From Gemmatimonadales bacterium (GTDB taxonomy: Bacteria > Gemmatimonadota > Gemmatimonadetes > Gemmatimonadales > GWC2-71-9), in contig JBDIWC010000003.1 of NCBI GenBank assembly GCA_039794085.1, positions 64,001 through 128,000 of the forward strand: 64,000 nt of DNA, in the 5' to 3' direction. Both the position numbers and the translations under genes were made by a program. This document shows, in pieces, positions 57,623 to 64,000 of this stretch. Numbering within the stretch: position 1 is the first letter of the stretch; each line of letters begins with the position of its first letter. The notes beneath the pieces are model-generated. The model saw nothing but the letters and a program-made list of their open reading frames with translations. It searched no databases and was not told where the DNA came from.

Positions 57623-58535
57623 GGCGCCCGCCGACGGCCTGACCCCCCGGCCGGCCCGTCCCGCCACCCGGGCCCTGGGCCCCGGCGGGCCGGAGGTGTC
57701 CGTCCTCGGCCTCGGAGGCATGCCCCTCTCCATCGCGGGGCGCCCGGACGAGGCCCAGGCGATCGCCGTGATCCACGCCAGCCTCGACGCCGGCGTCTCC
57801 CTGATCGACACCGCCGACGTCTACTGCCTCGACCACACCGACATCGGGCACAACGAGCGGCTCGTGGCCAAGGCCCTCCGCACCTGGCGCGGCTCTCCGG
57901 AGGACGTCGTGGTGGCCACCAAGGGGGGACTGGAACGTCCGGGAGGGCAGTGGACCCGCAATGGCCGGCCGGAGCACCTGCGCCGCGCGTGCGAGAGGTC
58001 ACTCAAGGCGCTGGGGGTGGATCACATCGATCTCTACCAACTCCACGCCCCCGATCCCGACGTTCCCTTCGAAGAGTCGGTCGGGGCGATCGCCGACCTG
58101 GTCCGGGAAGGAAAGGTCCGCTGGGCCGGGCTCAGCAACGTGTCGGTGGAGCAGTTGCGCCAGGCCCGGGCCATGGTTCCCGTTCTGACCGTACAGAACC
58201 GGCTCAATCCCTTCTTCCGCGAGGCGATCGACGAGGGAGTGGTGGACGAGTGCGCCCGTCAGGGAATCGGTTTCCTGGCGTACAGTCCGGTCGGCGGCGG
58301 GCGTCTCCAGAAAAAGCTCCCCGATCACCCGGTTGTGGCGCGGATCGCCCGCGAGGTGGGGGCGTCCCCTCACGCCGTGGTGACGGCCTGGGTGCTCGCC
58401 CGGGGGCCCACGGTGTTCGCCATTCCGGGGGCCCGGACCATCCCTCACGCCCTGGATGCAGTGGCCGCCGCGAATCTCAATCTGAGTCGGGAACAGCGGG
58501 CGGCGATCTCGGAGGCGGAGTTCCCTGTCACGTAG
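57615..58535 (+). CDS. Aldo/keto reductase
   Basis: LGLGGM, IDTADVY, VATKGG, SLKALGVDHIDLYQLH, GLSN, YSPVGGG; start uncertain. Confidence 0.92.
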   Translation: MPEAPADGLTPRPARPATRALGPGGPEVSVLGLGGMPLSIAGRPDEAQAIAVIHASLDAGVSLIDTADVYCLDHTDIGHNERLVAKALRTWRGSPEDVVVATKGGLERPGGQWTRNGRPEHLRRACERSLKALGVDHIDLYQLHAPDPDVPFEESVGAIADLVREGKVRWAGLSNVSVEQLRQARAMVPVLTVQNRLNPFFREAIDEGVVDECARQGIGFLAYSPVGGGRLQKKLPDHPVVARIAREVGASPHAVVTAWVLARGPTVFAIPGARTIPHALDAVAAANLNLSREQRAAISEAEFPVT

Positions 58536-58538
58536 GCT

Positions 58539-59020
58539 GTCATCGCGAGGACCCATGCCGTCATCGCGAGGGCCCGCAGGGCCCGTGGCGATCCCGTGAG
58601 CCCATGCCTTCCTGGCACGACGCAAGGTTGGCCATCCTGCCGGAGTTCTGCCATGCCGTCATCGCGAGGGCCCGCAGGGGGCCGTCATCGCGAGGGCCCG
58701 CAGGGCCCGTGGCGATCCCGTGAGCCCATGCCCGCCTGGCACGACGCAAGGTCGGCCATCCTGCCGGAGTTCTGCCAATGGGCCCCGGCATGAAGGCCGG
58801 CCACCCGCTCCCGGCGTCGGCCTCCGCTCACGAGATCGCCACGGCGGCCAAGGCCGCCTCGCGATGACGGCTCAGGCATGAAGGCCGGCCGCCCTCTCCC
58901 GAAGCCGACTTCCGCTCACGAGATCGCCACGTCGGCTTCGCCTCCTCGCGATGACGGCCTCCGTGCGGTCCCGCGCCTCCTCGCGATGACGGCCTCCTTC
59001 ACACTTCGAACTTCAAACTT
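58539..59020. repeat. GTCATCGCGAGG REP array (four + copies, three - copies) ending in a TTCRMAC heptamer array
   Basis: Heads at 58539, 58560, 58658, 58684; inverted copies ending 58868, 58954, 58990. Confidence 0.9.
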
Positions 59021-59064
59021 CCGGGAAGGGGCCGCGGAGGAGGGGCCCGATTACCTTTAGGGTC

Positions 59065-60309
59065 ATGACCGCCATGCCCCGCAGGGACACCCTCACCGTC
59101 CGCATTGGCGACGTCCCGGTGGGGTCCGCCCACCCCATCGTCGTCCAGTCGATGACCAACACCGACACCGCCGACATCCCCGGCACCATCGCCCAGGCCG
59201 AGGCCCTGGCCCGGGCCGGAAGCGAGCTGGTCCGGGTCACCGTCAACACCGAGGACGCCGCCCGCGCCGTGCCCCACATCGTGGAGGGGCTCGCCGCCCG
59301 CGGCACTCCGGTCCCCATCGTCGGCGACTTCCACTACAACGGGCATCTCCTCCTCACCCGTCATCCCGACTGCGCCCGCAGACTGGCCAAGTACCGCATC
59401 AACCCCGGCAACGTGGGGGGCAAGCGCCAGGACGAGCACTTCCGCGCCATCCTCGACGTGGCCCTGGCCCACGAAAAGCCGATCCGGATCGGGGTCAACT
59501 GGGGCTCCCTCGACCAGCAACTCCTCACCGAGCTGATGGACGCCAACGCCGCCCTCCCCGCTCCCCGTGCGGCGCGGGACGTCACCATGGAGGCGATGGT
59601 CCAGAGTGCCCTTCGGTCCGCCGCCTTCGCGGAATCGGTCGGGATGCCGGCCGACCGGATCATCCTGAGCGCCAAGGTCAGCGGGGTGCAGGACCTGATC
59701 GACGTCTACCGCATGCTCGCCGCCCGCTGCCGCTTCCCCCTCCACCTCGGCCTCACCGAGGCGGGGCTCGGCATGAAGGGTGTCGTCGCCTCCGCGGCCG
59801 GACTCGCCGTGCTCCTGCAGGAGGGAATTGGAGACACCATCCGGATCTCCCTCACTCCCTCACCCGGCGGCGATCGCACCGAGGAGGTGCGGGTGGGGCA
59901 GCAGATCCTCCAGTCCCTCGATCTCCGGAGCTTCACGCCCCAGGTGACCAGCTGCCCCGGCTGCGGCCGGACCACCAGCACCTTCTTTCAGCAGATGGCG
60001 GAAGACATCCAGAACCACCTCCGGGAGCGTATGCCGGAGTGGAGGGTGACGCACCCCGGCGTGGAGGACCTCAAGGTGGCGGTCATGGGGTGCGTGGTGA
60101 ACGGGCCCGGGGAATCGAAACACGCCCACATCGGCATCTCGCTGCCCGGCACCTTCGAGGACCCCAAGGCGCCGGTGTATGTGGACGGCCGGCTGCATGT
60201 CACACTGAAGGGGGACGCGATCGTGCCCGAGTTTCTGCGCATCCTGGAACAGTATGTGGACACCCGGTACCCGGCCGAGCCAGGAGCCCCCATCGGCGTC
60301 GCGCCGTGA
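59065..60309 (+). CDS. ispG: (E)-4-hydroxy-3-methylbut-2-enyl-diphosphate synthase
   Basis: [54 protein letters not shown]. Confidence 0.97.
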   Translation: MTAMPRRDTLTVRIGDVPVGSAHPIVVQSMTNTDTADIPGTIAQAEALARAGSELVRVTVNTEDAARAVPHIVEGLAARGTPVPIVGDFHYNGHLLLTRHPDCARRLAKYRINPGNVGGKRQDEHFRAILDVALAHEKPIRIGVNWGSLDQQLLTELMDANAALPAPRAARDVTMEAMVQSALRSAAFAESVGMPADRIILSAKVSGVQDLIDVYRMLAARCRFPLHLGLTEAGLGMKGVVASAAGLAVLLQEGIGDTIRISLTPSPGGDRTEEVRVGQQILQSLDLRSFTPQVTSCPGCGRTTSTFFQQMAEDIQNHLRERMPEWRVTHPGVEDLKVAVMGCVVNGPGESKHAHIGISLPGTFEDPKAPVYVDGRLHVTLKGDAIVPEFLRILEQYVDTRYPAEPGAPIGVAP

Positions 60310-61001
60310 TCGCCGATCTCCCCCTGCTGGAACGGCCGCTGGCGGCACTTCCCGTCATCTTCGGCGCGGGGCTCGTCACCAGCCTCACGCCGTGTGTCTA
60401 TCCGATGATCCCCATCACCGCCGGGATTCTGGGCGGCGAGGGCGCCGTGGGCCGGTCGCGGAAACGCACCGTGGTGCTCACCGGGGTCTATGTGCTGGGG
60501 CTCGCGCTGGTCTACGCCTCACTGGGTCTTCTGGCGGGCCTCACGGGGACGCTGTTCGGGACGGTGAGCTCCAATCCCTGGGCCTACTTCCTCTTCGGGA
60601 ATCTGCTCCTGGTGCTTGGACTCGGCATGCTGGATGTCTTTCCCATGGCGGCCCCCCAGCGCTGGGTGGCCTGGGCCTCCCGATTCGGCGGCGGGTCGGT
60701 GGGCGGCGTGTTCCTGATGGGGGCCACGTCGGGACTCGTGGCGGCGCCCTGCGGCGCGCCGGCCTTCGGTGCCATTCTCACGTTCGTGGGCGGCACCGGG
60801 AGCCCCCTCTGGGGCTTCATCTATCTCTTCGTGTTCTCGCTCGGCATGACGGCGCTGCTGGTGGGGGTGGGGCTCTCGTCGGGCCTCATCGCCTCGCTCC
60901 CCAGGCCGGGGCGCTGGACCGGGATGGTGAAGAAGGCCGGCGGCGTGCTGATCCTGGCGATGGCGGAATATTATTTCGTGCAGATGGGGAAGGTACTGTA
61001 G
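60306..61001 (+). CDS. CcdA/DsbD-beta family thiol-disulfide transporter
   Basis: [12 protein letters not shown] and AAPCGAP; six TMs. Confidence 0.88.
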   Translation: MIADLPLLERPLAALPVIFGAGLVTSLTPCVYPMIPITAGILGGEGAVGRSRKRTVVLTGVYVLGLALVYASLGLLAGLTGTLFGTVSSNPWAYFLFGNLLLVLGLGMLDVFPMAAPQRWVAWASRFGGGSVGGVFLMGATSGLVAAPCGAPAFGAILTFVGGTGSPLWGFIYLFVFSLGMTALLVGVGLSSGLIASLPRPGRWTGMVKKAGGVLILAMAEYYFVQMGKVL

Positions 61002-61041
61002 GCGGTAGGCGGGAGGCGATAGGCGATAGGGGAAACGCCCC

Positions 61042-61223
61042 AGGGGCGATCGCGCAGCGTCGCCCGAGGCCCGGATGTTCCCGGGAACGTTTCGCAGGGG
61101 CGATGCGCAGCGTCGCCCGAGGCCCGGATGTTTCCGGGAACGTTTTACAGGGGGTGACGCATGCGTCGCCCGTGCCCCGGATGTTCCAGTAGCCATATTC
61201 AAGGGCGACGCCCAGCGTCGCCC
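61042..61223 (+). repeat. Four degenerate GGGCGACGC..GCGTCGCCC REPs in tandem (about 53-nt period)
   Basis: Copies at about 61042, 61096, 61149, 61202; same family as 50536. Confidence 0.82.
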
Positions 61224-61248
61224 GAGCTTTCAGATGCAAGGAGTTCTC

Positions 61249-61761
61249 ATGAAGCGCACCATCCTCGCCCTCGCCGCCCTCGGGGCCCTCACGGCCCTCC
61301 CGGCCGAGGCCCAGTTCGACGAGGGCCTCCCGGTCGGCAGCAAAGCTCCGGTCGTCGTCGTCAACGATCTCGACGGGAACCCCTTCGACCTCGGCACCGT
61401 AATCGGGAAGAAGCCGGTCTTCCTCGAGTTCTGGGCCACCTGGTGCACCATCTGCGAGGAACTCCTCCCCACCGTCAAGGCGGTGCACCGGAAGTACGGC
61501 GACCGGGTCGAGTGGATCGGGGTGAACGTGACGGTGAACCAGTCGGTGAACCGGGTCCGGCGCTATCTCGAGACCCACGAACCCCCGTTCCGCACCCTCT
61601 ACGACAGCAAGGGAGCCGCGGTGCGGGCCTACGAGGCTCCCACCACGTCTCATGTGGTCGTGGTGAATGCTCAGGGGATCGTGGTCTATACGGGGAGCGG
61701 CGGAAAGCAGGACCTCGAGGCCGCCATCAAGCTGGCGCTGGGAGACGGGGGGGGGGCCTGA
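61249..61761 (+). CDS. TlpA-family thiol-disulfide oxidoreductase
   Basis: Signal peptide; FWATWCTIC; cis-Pro APT. Confidence 0.9.
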   Translation: MKRTILALAALGALTALPAEAQFDEGLPVGSKAPVVVVNDLDGNPFDLGTVIGKKPVFLEFWATWCTICEELLPTVKAVHRKYGDRVEWIGVNVTVNQSVNRVRRYLETHEPPFRTLYDSKGAAVRAYEAPTTSHVVVVNAQGIVVYTGSGGKQDLEAAIKLALGDGGGA

Positions 61762-62336
61762 TGCCCGGCGGCAGGCTCCTCGGCGTGGCCGGAGTGGCGG
61801 CCCTCCTCGTGGCGGCGCCTCCCGGCGCCCGGGAGGGGGCGGCGCAGGAGCGGACCGGGATCCGGGTTCGCATCGTGGGGGCCCCGGCGGTGGGGAGGGA
61901 GGCCCCGCAGGTGGAGGCGCCCTACGTTACCCGGGCGGGGCCGGGGCCGGCCGACCAGCCCTTCCGGCTCTCGGCGGAGCTGGGCCGGGCGGTGATCATC
62001 CTGATCGGCGCCGAGGATGAGTTCCTGCGGGAGCTGGGCGCCCGGGCCGACTCGGCGATGCCGGGGATCCAGGTGGCGGTCCTGGTGCGGGAGGATGTGG
62101 CCCGGGCCGCGGAGCATGCCGCGGCGCTGGACATCCCGTTCAAGCTCCTGGCCGACCCCGGCGGGGAGATCCACCGGAGCTTCGGGGGCCGGGACGCGGG
62201 CGGCCGGGGCGGGGCCACCGCCTGGGTGGTGAACTCGCTGGGGACGATCGAGGCGAAGCTGGAGGGGATGGTGGCCGGGGATGTGTCCCGGATGGCGCGG
62301 CTGGAGACGATGGCCCGGGCCGCGGCGGGGCGGTAG
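61761..62336 (+). CDS. Exported redoxin/AhpC-TSA-fold protein lacking cysteines
   Basis: VGREAP, FRLSAELGR.VI, IPFKLLADPGGEIHRSFG, AWVVN..G.I; no Cys. Confidence 0.6.
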   Translation: MPGGRLLGVAGVAALLVAAPPGAREGAAQERTGIRVRIVGAPAVGREAPQVEAPYVTRAGPGPADQPFRLSAELGRAVIILIGAEDEFLRELGARADSAMPGIQVAVLVREDVARAAEHAAALDIPFKLLADPGGEIHRSFGGRDAGGRGGATAWVVNSLGTIEAKLEGMVAGDVSRMARLETMARAAAGR

Positions 62337-62377
62337 CCCTCACCCCTGGCCCCTCTCCCGCATGGCGGGAGAGGGGA
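62337..62377 (+). repeat. BoxC-like pyrimidine-tailed palindrome
   Basis: CCCTCACCCCTGG-CCCCTCTCCCGC-ATG-GCGGGAGAGGGG. Confidence 0.6.
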
Positions 62378-62387
62378 ACTGCGGCCC

Positions 62388-62819
62388 GTCATCGCGAGGA
62401 GGCTGTCATCGCGAGGGCCCGCAGGGCCCGTGGCGATCCCGTGAGCCCATGCCGGCCCGACGAGACGCGGGGTTGGCCATCCCGCCGGAACCCCCGGATG
62501 CTGTCATCGCGAGGGCCCGCAGGGGCAATGCCGTCATCGCGAGGGCCCGGCAGGGCCCGTGGCGATCCCGTGAGCCCATGCCGGCCTGACGAGAGACAGG
62601 GCTGGCCATCCCGCCGGAACTCCCGGAGGCTGTCATCGCGAGGGCCCGCAGGGCCCGTGGCGATCCCGTGAGCCCATGCTGGCCTGACGCGACGGCAAGG
62701 CGGGCCATCTCACCGGAACCCTCCCCACCCGGGCTCCGGCAGGAAGGCCGACCTGGCGTCTCGCGGCATCGGAATCGGCTCACGGGATCGCCACGTCGGC
62801 TTCGCCTCCTCGCGATGAC
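62388..62819. repeat. GTCATCGCGAGG REP array (five + copies, one - copy)
   Basis: Heads at 62388, 62405, 62503, 62533, 62632; inverted copy 62777-62819. Confidence 0.9.
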
Positions 62820-62824
62820 GAGTT

Positions 62825-62892
62825 CCCAACCCCCAATACCCAATACCCAGCCCCCCAGCCCCCAACACCCAACACCCAACACCCAACACCCC
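62825..62892 (+). repeat. 7-nt array (CCCAATA/CCCAACA)
   Basis: Reverse-complement family of the 29244 array. Confidence 0.85.
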
Positions 62893-63003
62893 CCCCGGCA
62901 TCCTGCCATGATCCCGGCAGATTCCCCCCGGGCGGTGGTCCGTCCGGGTGCGGGAATGGTACCGCCGGGGGGGCCGAAACGGGGGGTAAAATGGCCCCGC
63001 CAA

Positions 63004-63061
63004 TGTGACGCAAGTCACCATTTTGCAGGAATTTGGACCAACTTTGGTGACGCCCGTCACT
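63004..63061. promoter_or_regulatory. Two CRP/FNR-like GTGA-N6-TCAC sites
   Basis: TGTGA-cgcaag-TCACC (63004) and GGTGA-cgcccg-TCACT (63046). Confidence 0.45.
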
Positions 63062-63216
63062 GAACCCCGCTTGCGGACCCGTTAGCTTGTCTCCACGCTC
63101 CTTTCAGGCATGCGGATTGCCGGGAAGGTGCAGTTGCGGGCACGGTGTCCAGGATTTGACCCCGGTTCGCAACGCCATGACCGCCAAGACGTTTTCCGGG
63201 ATGGACTTGCAAAGGG

Positions 63217-63245
63217 TTGACCGATTTCCTCCGGCGCACTATCTT
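63217..63245 (+). promoter_or_regulatory. Sigma70-type promoter
   Basis: TTGACC-17 nt-TATCTT. Confidence 0.65.
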
Positions 63246-63496
63246 GGCATGTTGTTTTACATGCGGGATATCCGTACTTGGGCCGTCCGACGTTCGGAAT
63301 CAACGGGACTCACAGGCGCGGTCCCGCCCTGTCTCGTTGCCTTGCCGGCGCCAACCGTTCAGGGACGAGGACCCGCGAAAGTGACAGGGTCGCAATCGCA
63401 GGTGTCATCACGCAGGTCGCAGGAGATGGAGCAGCAAGGCAACTAACTGGAGTTGGAGCAGAAGTTCGTAGCACACACAACAATCAGGGGGAGTGA

Positions 63497-64000
63497 ATGA
63501 ACAAGCTTTACCGTTCTCTACTAGTGGCTGGTCTGGCCGTCGTTGGCCTCGCCGGCTGCGGTGACGACGTCACGGTGGCACCGCCGCCGCCACCGCCGCC
63601 GCCACCACCGGTCGTCATCACCGTCACCGTCGCGCCGAATGGGGTCACCATTCCGGTGGGCGGCACGGTGCAGCTCGCCGCCGCGGTGTCCGGCGTCACC
63701 GGCGCCACGGTCACCTGGAGCAGCAGCAACGCCTCCGTCGCCACCGTGAGCGGAACCGGTCTGGTGACCGGTGTGGCTCCCGGTAGCGTCGGCATCACCG
63801 CAACCGCCACGAAGGACGGCGCCACCGGCCAGGGCTCGGCCACCATCACGGTCAGCTCGACCCAGACCACCCCGGCCACGATCAGCATCAACTCGGTGAC
63901 CACTGCAGCGGGCGCTCCTGTCGTCCTCGCAGCGGCGGCCGGCCAGTTGAATGTGGCCCTGAACCTCGATCGCGGTGGCGAAAACGTCCAGCGCGTCGAG
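63497..64000 (+). CDS. Lipoprotein with Ig-like (Big_2) domain, 3' truncated by window edge
   Basis: GGGGAG SD; MNKLYRSLLVAGLAVVGLAGC lipobox; poly-Pro; VTWSSSNASVATVSGTGLVTGVAPG. Not in the ORF track because it has no stop. Confidence 0.85.
   Translation, partial: MNKLYRSLLVAGLAVVGLAGCGDDVTVAPPPPPPPPPPVVITVTVAPNGVTIPVGGTVQLAAAVSGVTGATVTWSSSNASVATVSGTGLVTGVAPGSVGITATATKDGATGQGSATITVSSTQTTPATISINSVTTAAGAPVVLAAAAGQLNVALNLDRGGENVQRVE

Noticed and set aside
63120..63180. tRNA-like segment (GGTTCG...CCA)
   Set aside because: No cloverleaf: acceptor, D and anticodon stems cannot be formed.

Overview
A high-GC bacterial chromosomal segment; gene content and style suggest Gemmatimonadota, which is inference only. 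1-11 kb is the S10/spc ribosomal protein operon (rplD to rplO, secY, adk, map), which stops after map. It is followed by suhB, trpS, a degenerate PilT-like ATPase, purA and a minor-pilin cluster with a sigma54-type promoter. Next come an operon with a zincin, a beta-propeller, a ubiquitin-like protein, an HDAC-family deacetylase, a dipeptide epimerase and priA; a TonB-dependent receptor; a TIGR00300-like enzyme, fur and ccdA; and a peptidoglycan-recycling cluster (murQ, anmK, GH3, SSS transporter). The rest holds an S1 protease/lipoprotein cassette, a Ser/Thr kinase-PP2C-FHA/protease module, an amidase, a GWxTD protein, class II RNR (nrdJ), an aldo/keto reductase, ispG, a CcdA-TlpA-redoxin cluster and the start of an Ig-domain lipoprotein. 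The most striking signal is non-coding. About 30+ copies (counted by eye) of a GTCATCGCGAGG-hairpin-GTGGCGATC palindrome form tandem arrays, inverted doublets and nested insertions. They are densest around a solitary, lower-GC GIY-YIG nuclease gene (56298-56702), suggesting a candidate GIY-YIG/REP system analogous to RAYT/REPIN. Many unrelated 7-nt tandem arrays sit at gene ends. One lies between the promoter-supported ATG and the body of a secreted protease and puts it out of frame (candidate phase-variation switch). No rRNA, tRNA, CRISPR or transposase gene was recognised.
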